Below, in pieces: positions 47,440 through 64,000 of a stretch of 64,000 bases of DNA. Within the stretch, counting starts at the first letter, position 1. Each line of letters starts with the position of its first letter. The notes beneath the pieces are model-generated. The model searched no databases, was not told the DNA's origin, and saw only the letters and a program-made list of their open reading frames with translations. The DNA is taken from the NCBI GenBank assembly GCA_964016885.1, contig OZ024765.1, forward strand, positions 16,058,001 through 16,122,000, in the 5' to 3' direction. Source of the DNA: Eledone cirrhosa. Its lineage: Eukaryota. A program made the translations under genes and the position numbers.

Positions 47440-48142
47440 AAGTCTGCATTAAGCCAGAGGGCTCATTTGGCCGCTTCTTATCGCGGTGTCATGGCGTGAA
47501 GCGACAGAGAGTACTATACTCCCCCCTGGACAGGACGCCAGTCCATCGCAGGGTTAAAGTCTGTCTTAAGCCAGAGGGCTCATTTGGCCGGTGCTTATCC
47601 CGGTTTCATGGCGTGAAGCAACTGAGAGTACTATACTGCCCCCCTGGACAGGACGCCAGTCCATCGCAGGGTTAAAGTCTGTCTTAAGTCAGAGGGTTCA
47701 TTTGGCCGGTGCTTATCCCGGTTTCATGGCGTGAAGCGACTGAGAGTACTATACTCCCCCCTGGAAAGGACGCCAGTCCATCGCAGGGTTAAAGTCTGTC
47801 TTAAGTCAGAGGGTTCATTTGGCCGGTGCTTATCCCGGTTTCATGGCGTGAAGCAACTGAGAGTACTATACTCCCCCCTGGACAGGACGCCAGTCCATCG
47901 CAGGGTTAAAGTCTGTCTTAAGTCAGAGGGTTCATTTGGCTGGTGGTTATCCCGGTTTCATGGCGTGAAGCAACTGAGAGTACTATACTCCCCCCCTGGA
48001 CAGGACGCCAGTCCATCGCAGGGTTAAAGTCTGTCTTAAGCCAGAAGACTCACTTTGCCGGTGGTTATCCCGGTTTCGTGATATGAAGCAACTAAAATCA
48101 CAAGACTCACACCTGGACAGGACACCAGTCCATTGCAGGGTC
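47440..48142 (-). repeat. Tandem array of 6 units of about 117 bp, from the SINE family 2 3' part
   Basis: The unit matches 31115-31232. Confidence 0.92.
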
Positions 48143-48196
48143 ATACCCTGCCATGGACTCACGCTAAAGCCCCAGCTTTTGCTGGTACACATTTTC

Positions 48197-48235
<39 letters not shown>

Positions 48236-48687
48236 TTGAACTTTGTTGTTTTCATTGATGGAATGTGCAGATTATAATCTTAAATGTATTCATTTTTGGA
48301 TAAAATACAGAAAATCAAATCAAAAAAAGGGAAAAACCAAAGGCGAGATGATTGAATTTATTTCTATATACCTCTGATAGATGTGTGGTTGTACATATAA
48401 ATATATATATGTATATATTTGTGTGTGTATGTATGCACATATATATATATATATATATATGTGTATATATATATATATATATATGTGTGTGTACATGTAT
48501 ATATATGTGTTTGTATATATATATGTATGTATATCTAAATATGTATGTTTATATATGTATATATATGGGTATATATATGTATGTATATATTTATATATAT
48601 AAATATGTATGTATATATATATATATATATATAAATATGTATGTATATATATATATATAAATATGTATGTATATATATATAAATATA

Positions 48688-48743
<56 letters not shown>

Positions 48744-48800
48744 AAAATATATATACATATATATATAAAAATATATATATATATATATAAAAATATATAT

Positions 48801-48847
<47 letters not shown>

Positions 48848-48863
48848 TATATATATATATATA

Positions 48864-48915
<52 letters not shown>

Positions 48916-48918
48916 TAT

Positions 48919-48982
<64 letters not shown>

Positions 48983-49299
48983 GAAATCAGAAAGATAGTA
49001 AGCGTTATATAGAATTTTAAATATACCAAACATTTTCAATCTAATCATATTCAAAATATTTTCCTCTACTCCCTTCAACGCCCTGGGGTCGGAGACATAC
49101 CGATTGATACGGATAGTTCTGATATTTACGGAGAAAAAAGGAAATTGCAGTTAATTTGCATAAATAAATATATATATCAATATTAATATTAACATTCAAC
49201 GTTTCAATGATGAGATCATTTTAGGTCGAAATCTGCCGAAATCTGTATATGCCATAGGAATGATAGTATATCCTACTAGTAGTATTAGGAGTAGGTCTT

Positions 49300-49975
49300 C
49301 TTATTCTTTGCCTTCTTTGCCTCCTTCATCTTTGCCTTCTTTGCCTTCTTCATCTTTGCCATCTTTGCCTCCTTCATCTTTGCCTTCTTTGCCTTCTTCA
49401 TCTTTGCCTTCTTCTTTTCCCTCTCCTTTGCCTTCATTGCCTCCTTCATCTTTGCCATCTTTGCCTCCTTCATCTTTGCCTTCTTTGCCTCCTTCATCTT
49501 TGCCTTCTTTGCCTCCTTCATCTTTGCCTTTTTTGCCTTCTTCATCTTTGCCTTCTTCTTTTCCCTCTTCTTTGCCTTCTTTGCCTCCTTCATCTTTGCC
49601 ATCTTTGCCTTCTTCATCTTTGCCATCTTTGCCTCCTTCATCTTTGCGTTCTTTGCCTTCTTCATCTTTGCCTTCTTCTTTTCCCTCTCCTTTGCCTTCT
49701 TTGCCTCCTTCATCTTTGCCATCTTTGCCTCCTTCATCTTTGCCTTCTTTGCCTCCTTCATCTTTGCCTTCTTTGCCTTCTTCTTTGCCTTCTTTTTCTT
49801 TGCCTTCTTCTTTGCCTTCTTCTTCTTATTATTTGCCTTCTTCTTCTTCTTCTTCTTCTTCTTCTTCTTCTTCTTCTTCTTCTTCTTCTTCTTTGCCGTC
49901 TTCTTCTTCTTCTTCTTCTTCTTCTTCTTTGCCTTCTTCTTTGTCTTTTTCTTCTTCTTCTTCTTCTTGTTTCTT
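49300..49975 (+). repeat. (CTT)-based patterned minisatellite
   Basis: TCTTTGCCTCCTTCA/TCTTTGCCT modules, then (TCT)n. Confidence 0.92.
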
Positions 49976-49981
49976 CGCTCA

Positions 49982-51800
49982 CCTAACACTGGAGATGTAT
50001 TACAGTGTTACCTCAGTGAACTGAGGTAACACCCCTTAACTAAGCTTCTAACACCTGAGATGTACTACAGTAAACTGAGGTAACACACCTTATCTCAGCT
50101 TCTAACACTGGAGATGTATTACAGTAAACTGAGGTAACACCCCTTATCTCAGCTTCTAACACCTGAGATGTACTACAGTAAACTGAGGTAACACCCCTTA
50201 TCTCAGCTTCTAACACTGGAGATGTATTACAGTAAACTGAGGTAACACCCCTTATCTCAGCTTCTAACACCTGAGATGTATTACAGTAAACTGAGGTAAC
50301 ACACCTTATCTCAGCTTCTAACACTGGGGATGTATTACAGTAAACTGAGGTAACACCCCTTATCTCAGCTTCTAACACCTGAGATGTACTACAGTAAACT
50401 GAGGTAACACCCCTTATCTCAGCTTCTAACACCTGAGATGTACTACAGTAAACTGAGGTAACACCCCTTATCTCAGCTTCTAACACCTGAGATGTATTAC
50501 AGTAAACTGAGGTAACACCCCTTAACTCAGCTTCTAACACCTGAGATGTATTACAGTAAACTGAGGTAACACCCCTTGTCTCAGCTTCTAACACTGGAGA
50601 TGTATTACAGTAAACTGAGGTAACACACCTTATCTCAGCTTCTAACACCTGAGATGTATTACAGTAAACTGAGGTAACACACCTTATCTCAGCTTCTAAC
50701 ACTGGGGATGTACTACAGTAAACTGAGGTAACACCCCTTGTCTCAGCTTCTAACACTGGAGATGTATTACAGTAAACTGAGGTAACACCCCTTGTCTCAG
50801 CTTCTAACACTGGAGATGTATTACAGTAAACTGAGGTAACACCCCTTGTCTCAGCTCTAACACTGGAGATGTATTACAGTAAACTGAGGTAACACCCCTT
50901 GTCTCAGCTTCTAACACTGGAGATGTATTACAGTAAACTGAGGTAACACCCCTTATCTCAGCTTCTAACACTGGAGATGTATTACAGTGAACTGATGTAA
51001 CACACCTTATCTCAGCTTCTAACACTGGGGATGAATTACAGTAAACTGAGGTAACACCCCTTGTCTCAGCTTCTAACACTGGAGATGTATTACAGTAAAC
51101 TGAGGTAACACCCCTTGTCTCAGCTTCTAACACTGGAGATGTATTACAGTAAACTGAGGTAACACCCCTTGTCTCAGCTCTAACACTGGAGATGTATTAC
51201 AGTAAACTGAGGTAACACACCTTATCTCAGCTTCTAACACTGGAGATGTATTACAGTGAACTGATGTAACACACCTTATCTCAGCTTCTAAGACTGGAGA
51301 TGTATTACAGTAAACTGAGGTAACACACCTTATCTCAGCTTCTAACACTGGAGATGTACTACAGTAAACTGAGGTAACACACCTTATCTCAGCTTCTAAC
51401 ACCTGAGATGTACTACAGTAAACTGAGGTAACACCCCTTATCTCAGCTTCTAACACCTGAGATGTATTACAGTGTTAGCTGTTCACCACATGTGTACTGA
51501 AGTAACACCCCTTATCTCAGCTCTAACACTGGAGATGTATTACAGTAATCTGAGGTAACACCCCTTATCTCAGCTTCTAACACCTGAGATGTATTACAGT
51601 AAACTGAGGTAACACCCCTTATCTCAGTTTCTAACACCTGAGATGTATTACAGTAAACTGAGGTAACACCCCTTATCTCAGCAGCTAACACTGGGGATGT
51701 ATTACAGTAAACTGAGGTAACACCCTTATCTCAGCTTCTAACACTGGAGATGTATTACAATGTTAGCTGTTCACCAGTGTACTGAATTAACACCCCTTAT
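49982..51800 (-). repeat. 54-bp tandem satellite, about 33 copies
   Basis: Unit TCTCAGCTTCTAACAC(TG/CT)GAGATGTATTACAGTAAACTGAGGTAACACCCCTTA. Confidence 0.96.
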
Positions 51801-51915
51801 TTTTCGAGTGCTCTCTGGAGTATTCAAGCTGTTCCAAGAAATGCTGTTTTTTTGTAAGTGTTCCGTCTGAATTACAATCCCTAATTGTTCGATGTATTTC
51901 TGAAGATCTTTGCAT
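51800..51915 (-). mobile_element. R4/Dong-type LINE C-terminal end
   Basis: KDLQKYIEQLGI...LQK/TAFLGTA*ILQRALE, matching the LQKxALLGTAxILRxVL motif. Confidence 0.65.
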
Positions 51916-52059
51916 TATTAAAGTAAAGATTTCACTTTTGAATGTGATGCTGTCATAGTTCTATATTGCAGTCATACAAGAATATTTGGCTAATGCCGTT
52001 TCGTGTGACACAGGAGGTTAAGTGTCAATTAAATGCATTCGCTGTGACAATTCTTTCTC

Positions 52060-54365
52060 ACACCATCATCACCACTTCAACAACAAACAACACTACTATT
52101 GAAGCTACCACACCTATCAACACTATAATCAATACCACCACTACGGCGTTAACTACGCCCCATCACCACCACCACCACCAATACTACCACCACCACCACC
52201 ATCACAGCTACACAAATACCACCACCTCCAAAAGCACCACCACTACCATTACAGCACCACCAATAGCACCACTACGGCGTTAACTACGCCCCATCACCAC
52301 CACCAACACCAATACTAGCACCACCACCAACACCCCCACCACCACCACCATCACCATCACAGCAACACAAATACCACCACCTCCAAAACCACCATCACTA
52401 CCATTACATCACCACCAATACCACCACTACAGGCCCACCACCATCACAACACCACCAACACCAATACCACCATTACGGCGTTAACTACGCCCCATCACCA
52501 CAACTAACACCAATACTACCACCAATACCACTACCACCACCATCACCATCACAGCAACACAAACACCACCACCTTCAAAACCACCACCACTACCATTACA
52601 GCACCACCAATACCACCACTACGGCCCCAACACCATCACAGTACCACGAATACCACCACCATCATAGCACCACCAATACCAGAGACACGGCCCCCACCAC
52701 AAGCACTATCACAGCACCACAGCGTCAACCACCATCATGGCCACCACCAATATTAATAACACCACCACCATTACTACCCCCTCAACCACCACCATCATGG
52801 CCACCAGAACTATCACCACCACCACCATTACCAGCGCCTCAAATACCACCACCATTACCAGCCCCTCAAATACCACCAACATTACCACCACCAGTTGTAA
52901 TACCCGCCCCCTCATCAACCACCACTAGTCGTAACCCCCGCCCCCTCATCAACCACCATCATGGCCACCACTACTATCAGCACCACCAACATTACCAGCC
53001 CCTCAAATACGACCCAACATTACCACCACCAGTCGTAACCCTCGCCCCCTCATCAACCACCATCATGGCCACCACAATTATCACCACCACCACCATTACC
53101 AGCCCCTCAAAAACGACCAACATTACCACCACCATTCGTATCCCCCGGCCCCTCATCAACCACCATTATGGCCACCACAATTATCACCACCACCACCATT
53201 ACCAGCCCCTCAACCACCATCATGGCCACCACGATTATCACCACCACCACCATTACCAGCCCCTCAAATACCACCAACATTACCACCACCAGTGGTAACC
53301 CCCGCCCCCTCATCAACCACCATCATGGCCACCACGATTATCACCACCACCACCATTACCAGCCCCTCAAATACCACCAACATTACCACCACCAGAGGTA
53401 ACCCTCGCCCCCTCATCAACCACCATCATGGCCACCACAATTATCACCACCACCACCATTACCAGCCCCTCAAATACCACCACCATTCGTATCCCCCGGC
53501 CCCTCATCAACCACCATCATGGCCACCACAATTATCACCACCACCACCATTACCAGCCCCTCAACCACCATCATGGCCACCACAATTATCACCACCACCA
53601 CCATTACCAGCCCCTCAAATACCACCAACATTACCACCACCATTCGTATCCCCCGGCCCCTCATCAACCACCATTATGGCCACCACAATTATCACCACCA
53701 CCACCATTACCAGCCCCTCAACCACCATCATGGCCACCACGATTATCACCACCACCACCATTACCAGCCCCTCAAATACCACCAACATTACCACCACCAG
53801 TGGTAACCCCCGCCCCCTCATCAACCACCATCATGGCCACCACGATTATCACCACCACCACCATTACCAGCCCCTCAAATACCACCAACATTACCACCAC
53901 CAGAGGTAACCCTCGCCCCCTCATCAACCACCATCATGGCCACCACAATTATCACCACCACCACCATTACCAGCCCCTCAAATACCACCAACATTACCAC
54001 CACCAGTGGTAACCCTCGCCCCCTCATCAACCACCATCATGGCCACCACAATTATCACCACCACCACCATTACCAGCCCCTCAACCACCATCATGGCCAC
54101 CACTATTATCACCACCACCACCATTACCAGCCCCTCAAATACCACCAACATTACCACCACCAGTCGTAACCTCCCCACCCCCGCCCCATCAACCACCATC
54201 GCGGCCACCACCGAAATGAATAACACCATCACCATCATCACCATCACGACCACCTCCAATTTTACCACCCAACACACCCTACCATCACATCTACCACAAA
54301 CTCCGCCTCCACGTCCTCCTACGACTGAATCAATGCCACCATCCCCTCCACCGATCATTACACCA
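52060..54365. repeat. (CAC)-rich compound minisatellite with higher-order duplications
   Basis: Recurring CATCATGGCCACCAC..ATTATCACC..CATTACCAGCCCCTCAA modules. Confidence 0.9.
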
Positions 54366-54884
54366 TCTTTCTCTTTCCCCACTCCTTCTTCTCAATATCT
54401 GTCGCCATCTTAAGTCGCCATCTTACATATTGTTTTGTTTGTTTGTTTTAATTTTTGTTGGGTTTTTTTTTTTGGTATGTTTTTCATACTTGGGCTGCAG
54501 CTGTGGTGATCTGGACATGTAAATATAATAGAGACACACACACACATACATGCATACACACACACACACCCACCCACACAGACATACAAACACACACATA
54601 CATACACACCACACACACACACGTACAGAGATAAATGTACTAGCACACATGCACACACATGTACACACATACATGCATACACCCACACCCACACAACACA
54701 CACATACAAACACACACATACATACACACCACACACACACACGTACAGAGATAAATGTACTAGCACACATGCACACACATGTACACACATGTACACACAT
54801 GTACACACATGTTAACACGTGCACATAATTGAGAAATATCATATTGTTGATGTCAGAAGCACGTATACTCATGTAGTTAACACA

Positions 54885-58595
<3,711 letters not shown>

Positions 58596-58742
58596 TTGAG
58601 AGTGTTGTGTGCGAGAATGTGGTGTGTATGCGTGTGAATATATGTGCGTTGCATTTTTGATAATGTGTAGACACTCATGTACAAACAGACAAAGCCACTC
58701 ACATAAATGTACATATACTTACTTACACACGCACACACTCCT

Positions 58743-58785
<43 letters not shown>

Positions 58786-59005
58786 TTGTGTATTTTACTA
58801 CGTTGGTATATAAATTGGCGACCGTACGTTGGAAATTTATCATAAATCTGTTCCAGTATGTATTCAATTAGCGTCCGTTATGTCCGATCTAATTTCAAAT
58901 CTTGCTTCAGTTAATGTTGACAACACAGTGCCTAGGTTTTTATCAGGCTGTCGATCTGTGTCCCTGCTAAAAACCAAAATGTCTGTTGCAATATACCACT
59001 GTTTA

Positions 59006-59043
<38 letters not shown>

Positions 59044-59049
59044 AACAAC

Positions 59050-59408
59050 GAACAGCGGAGGACACGTTTCGCACCTTTCCGACAGACAATCTTTCCCCTC
59101 CTCCCCAGGGAAAAAGCCCCCAGTTGATGGAAGTGAATCCGAAATATATAGGGACAATTAAATCTCTCCCAAGGTAACTCTTTCTCGTGTTGTTATTTTT
59201 ATTTTCTATCCTTTACGCTCTTTCCTTCATTCCTCTACACGTTACAGTCTTATACACGCCACGCTTCTCAACGTACACCCACTTACATCTCTCTCTCTAC
59301 CACCGGATCTTGTTACCCGGAGATTTACCCATCTGCATTGTCGAGGCTTCCAAACGACTTAAAGACATTTACCTTATTATTCCACAATGCTTCAAGCAAA
59401 CTTCAATA

Positions 59409-59415
<7 letters not shown>
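59050..59415 (+). mobile_element. Dispersed TA-associated element, related to 37560-37890
   Basis: Shared motifs with 37560-37890. Flanked by (TA)n. Confidence 0.65.
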
Positions 59416-59457
<42 letters not shown>

Positions 59458-59458
<1 letters not shown>

Positions 59459-59751
59459 GGAAAACGAAGAATCAGTGATGCATAGGAACACGGGTCGGAG
59501 TCCAGCAGAAAGAAGATTTCCTTCGAAATCACTAGACGTATCTGAAGAACTTGCGAATCCAGAGTCAGGTTCGATCCATAAACAGATCGTACCTCGAGCT
59601 GTTCGCCAAATAAAACAATTGTAATACGTAATAAACTGTGTTCCGACGCATCACTGAATCTTCATTTTCCAGATTATCATACTTTGCTCTGAAGTAGCAT
59701 AGAGTGCTCAACTGGCATACTGCTTATGGCCGCTTCTAAGCAACCTTTCTA
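59458..59751. mobile_element. Inverted-end hammerhead element in (TA)n
   Basis: 34-bp arms 59458-59491 / 59638-59671, tail to 59751 containing AGAGTGCT. Confidence 0.7.
59536..59629 (+). ncRNA. Hammerhead with long stem II; GAAA changed to AAAA
   Basis: acgtat-CTGAAGA...AAAA-CAATTG-TA|atacgt. Perfect stem I and palindrome ACAATTGT. Confidence 0.62.
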
Positions 59752-59989
59752 CAAATATATATATACGTCATCATATTTCATGTATGTTTCTCTAACCATA
59801 ATTATGTGCAAACACACACAAACACACGCACGCACGCACGCACACACACACACGCACACGCAGATTGAAGTCATAGCTAAACATCAGAATGTTTGTAACA
59901 ATACACGACTGTAATATCAGTTAAACACCGGAGATTATGGAAGCTGTTAAACGTCAATCACTGCTACGCGTTCTAAACCAGCCGGTTGT

Positions 59990-60190
59990 TGGTCCCGGAA
60001 CTAAACAAGACTAGCCATTGATTCAAGGACAAAACACCTGAGCTGACATTGGTTTAGGAATTAAACGCCATAGCAGACGTAGGTTCAGGAATTAAACACC
60101 AGTGCAGACATTCGTTTAGGAATTAAACACCAGTGCAGACATTCGTTTAGGAATTAAACACCAGATCAAACATTGGTTCAGGAATTAAAC
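59990..60190 (+). repeat. 31-bp minisatellite, about 6 diverged copies
   Basis: Unit GGAATTAAACACCAGTGCAGACATTCGTTTA. Confidence 0.8.
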
Positions 60191-60299
60191 GTTAGATTCT
60201 AAGACATTAAAGCAACTAAACACAGAAAATATTTGTCTGTGTTACTGTTAAACATTAGAATGTAAAAACACACTACTGTCATATCAGCTAAATACCTGA

Positions 60300-60410
60300 G
60301 GCGGTGGAACGTCAGTATCGGTAGAACCGCAGACACCATTTGAACTCAGAACGTAAAGGGCCCTAACTCTATGCTGTAAAGCATGTTCTCCGACGCTCTA
60401 CCGATACTGA
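60300..60410. mobile_element. Rearranged SINE family 1 heads in inverted orientation
   Basis: A plus-strand head CAGTATCGGTAGA is joined to a minus-strand head ending TCTACCGATACTG. Confidence 0.6.
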
Positions 60411-60952
60411 TAATGCAAATAATAGATTTTTTTTTCTTTACTATAAAACTTTTCGATGGCCTCATTAGCCTGATGAGCGGATTCTCAATACAGAAACACT
60501 TTATTCCATTCCTAAGAACATTTTATCTTCATCTGTGTAAATGATGTAGCATACGTTTTCTTTTTTCCTTTATGCTCGTTTTGTATATTTTAACTTTATT
60601 CACAGCTTGTGAAATAAATGGGAAGAAAGGGAAAGAAAACATGGAGTCGTTCATTGATTGTTGGGAGTCCCAAACGGCATCCATGTCAAATTTTAAATTA
60701 TGAAGGTGAATAATTTTAAATAGCAGGATCTACAGCTGGGTTTTAAACATACTCACACACACACGCGCGCGCACACACACACACACGCACGCACGCACGC
60801 ACGCACGCACACGCACATGCACACACACACACGCGCACGCATATTTACACAAAATCAACAAATGGAGGTACCCTGAAAATCCCATATCTCAGGAACACGT
60901 GGTCCGATTTACGCGAAACTTGTTTTATTCCATTTGTATTGCCATTTCAGAG

Positions 60953-62575
60953 GCAACTTCCTTTCAAAGTATTTTTCCCATTATGCGTCCTTTTGACTGT
61001 ATTACATTACAGACAAGCAAGCAAGCAAACCAGCAACCAATCAGAGAGTTTTAGTAGTATATAGATGTGTAACCCTACTTCAGGGTCAACTTCCTTTCAA
61101 AAGAATTTTCCCATTATGCGTCATTTTGACTGTATTACATTACAGACAAGCAAGCAAGCAAACCAGCAACCAATCAGAGAGTTTTAGTAGTATATAGATG
61201 GGTAACCCTACTTCAGGGTCAAGTCCCTTTCAAAAGTATTTTCCCATTATGCGTCATTTTGACTGTATTACATTACAGACAAGCAAGCAAGCAAACCAGC
61301 AACCAATCAGAGAGTTTTAGTAGTATATAGATGGGTAACCCTACTACAGGGTGAACTTCCTTTCAAATGTATTTTCCCATTATGCGTCCTTTTGACTGTA
61401 TTACATTACAGACAAGCAAACCAGCAACCAATCAGAGAGTTTTAGTAGTATATAGATGTGTAACCCTACTTTAGGGTCAACTTCCTTTCAAATGTATTTT
61501 CCCTTTATGCGTCATTTTGACTGTATTACATTACAGACAAGCAAACCAGCAACCAATCAGAGAGTTTTAGTAGTATATAGATGTGTAACCCTACTTTAGG
61601 GTCAACTTCCTTTCAAATGTATTTTCCCATTATGCGTCCTTTTGACTGTATTACATTACAGACAAGCAAGCAAGCAAACCAGCAACCAATCAGAGAGTTT
61701 TAGTAGTATATAGATGTGTAACCCGTCTTCAGGGTCAACTTCCTTTCAAAAGTATTTTCCCATTATGCGTCATTTTGACTGTATTACATTACAGACAAGC
61801 AAGCAAACCAGCAACCAATCAGAGAGTTTTAGTAGTACATAGATTTGTATCCCAACTTCAGGGTCAACTTCCTTTCAAAGTATTTTCCCATTATGAGTCA
61901 TTTTGACTGTATTACATTACAGACAAGCAAGAAACAAACCAGCAACCAATCAGAGAGTTTTAGTAGTATATAGATGGGTAAACATACTTCAGGGTCAACT
62001 TCCTTTCAAAAGTATTTTCCCATTATGCGTCATTTTGACTGTATTACATTACAGACAAGCAAGCAAACCAGCAACCAATCAGAGAGTTTTAGTAGTATAT
62101 AGATGTATAACCCTACTTCAGTGTCAACTTCTTTTCAAAAGTATTTTCCCATTATGCGTCCTTTTGACTGTATTACATTACAGACAAGCAAACCAGCAAC
62201 CAATCAGAGAGTTTTAGTAGTATATAGATGTGTAACCCTACTTTAGGGTCAACTTCCTTTCAAATGTATTTTCCCATTATGCGTCATTTTGACTGTATTA
62301 CATTACAGACAAGCAAGCAACAAACCAGCAACCAATCAGACAGTTTTAGTAGTATATAGATGTGTAACCCTACTTTAGGGTCAACTTCCTTTCAAAAGTA
62401 TTTTCCCATTATGCGTCATTTTGACTGTATTACATTACAGACAAGCAAGCAACAAACCTGCAACCAATCAGAGAGTTTTAGTAGTATATAGAGGTATAAC
62501 TCTACTTCAGGGTCAAGTTCCTTTCAAAAGTATTTTCCCATTATGCGTCATTTTGACTGTATTAAATTATAGATA
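60953..62575 (-). repeat. Tandem satellite, unit about 123-131 bp, about 13 copies, with variable (GCAA)n
   Basis: The minus strand of the unit reads ATCTATATACTACTAAAACTCTC...(GCTT)nGTCTGTAA. Confidence 0.95.
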
Positions 62576-62881
62576 ATGTAATACAGTAGGAGGTAATCAC
62601 AGAGTTTTTGCAATATATTGATACATATATTTCTTGGCTTTTTTCAGTCATTTTATTCTCAATCTTCAATTTATACAGCTTCGCTTTCAGAGGTAAATGC
62701 AAATATCTAAATGATCATCTTCACTCACGTTACTAACAATGCATATATTTCAAAAGTTACTTGTTAAACCGTCTAGATGAGAATAATTACTCGCTAAGAT
62801 AAACTTGTAGACATCTGAATATATTTTTATACGTCATCCCCGAGATTCTAAAACATACGCATTGTACATATAGTTCCGATA

Positions 62882-62912
<31 letters not shown>

Positions 62913-62954
62913 GTAGATAACATATGTATATATATGTGTTTGTCTCTCTCTCGC

Positions 62955-63008
<54 letters not shown>

Positions 63009-63014
63009 TACGTA

Positions 63015-63050
<36 letters not shown>

Positions 63051-63111
63051 CGTATGTATATATATATATATATAATATAAGATCAAAAGATGGTTAAAGG
63101 AGTTCAATATA

Positions 63112-63178
63112 TTTTATTATGCGCATTTCAAAAACAAACATCATCAAACAATAATATTTGTGTTTTCATCAGATAAAA
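63112..63178 (-). ncRNA. Minimal hammerhead ribozyme (inverted arm)
   Basis: Reverse complement of 63333-63399. Confidence 0.8.
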
Positions 63179-63332
63179 CAGGAGAACATGATATGAAGGC
63201 TAAAAAAAACACTTGTTGATAGTGCAGTTTTAAATCAACATATCATGTTGATTTAAATCAACATATCATGTTGATTTAAAACTGCACTATCAACAAGTGT
63301 TTTTTTTTTAGCCTTCATATCATGTTCTCCTG

Positions 63333-63399
63333 TTTTATCTGATGAAAACACAAATATTATTGTTTGATGATGTTTGTTTTTGAAATGCGCATAATAAAA
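63333..63399 (+). ncRNA. Minimal type I hammerhead ribozyme
   Basis: ttttat-CTGATGA-stem II-GAAA-TGCGCA-TA|ataaaa. Confidence 0.82.
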
Positions 63400-63522
63400 T
63401 ATATTGAACTCCTTTAACCATCTTTTGATCTTATATTATGCATACTCCAGTCCCACAAACTGTAGAGTGCTTCTTATCCGATATCTGCATTGCTTTATTG
63501 TACTACAATAAAACTCACCTCC

Positions 63523-63565
<43 letters not shown>

Positions 63566-63566
63566 G

Positions 63567-63609
<43 letters not shown>

Positions 63610-63614
63610 GTATG

Positions 63615-63648
<34 letters not shown>

Positions 63649-63771
63649 CGTATGTATATATATATATATATATGTATATATATACGTATGTATATATATA
63701 TATATATGTATATATATACGTATGTATATATATATATATATATACACATATATATATACGTATGTATATAT

Positions 63772-63819
<48 letters not shown>

Positions 63820-63846
63820 ACATATATATATATATATATATGTAAC

Positions 63847-63894
<48 letters not shown>

Positions 63895-64000
63895 ATATAT
63901 ATATATAACATATATATATATATAATATATATATATATATATGTATAATATATATATATAACATATATATATATATAATATATATATATATGTAACATAT

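Larger units (their letters stand above)
63073..63524. mobile_element. Young fold-back hammerhead element in (TA)n
   Basis: Near-identical arms 63073-63241 / 63268-63438, duplicated palindromic centre, tail to 63524. Confidence 0.85.

Noticed and set aside
49260-50024. Lys-rich histone-H1-like, protamine-like or Ser/Pro-rich ORFs
   Set aside because: CTT-based minisatellite that is open on both strands and has no globular domain.

Overview
Eukaryotic, repeat-dominated, mostly intronic or intergenic DNA. The very long (TA)n/(TATG)n/(CAC)n arrays and the tRNA-derived SINEs look like an octopod cephalopod genome (inference). Almost all ORFs in the track are microsatellite translations. Recognisable content: one 5'-truncated Penelope-like retroelement (RT plus GIY-YIG, Neptune-like) with an inverted pLTR, fragments of RTE, R4/Dong-type, Tx1/L1 and CR1 LINEs, two SINE families, several minisatellites that can be traced to transposon sequence, one candidate host exon (31683-31831) and a 200-N gap. 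The main signal is about ten short insertions in (TA)n, from several unrelated sequence families, sharing one architecture. Each has two outward-facing 3'-type ends: a short end stopping at an AT-rich site, and a long end carrying a further 50-110 nt tail, usually starting with an ACTC..GAGT hairpin. Most arms contain a minimal type I hammerhead ribozyme with a palindromic stem III. The coding Penelope element has the same architecture, which suggests a Penelope-driven, TA-targeted, hammerhead-bearing fold-back element system. Everything was read by eye, so coordinates are approximate and no database search was run.
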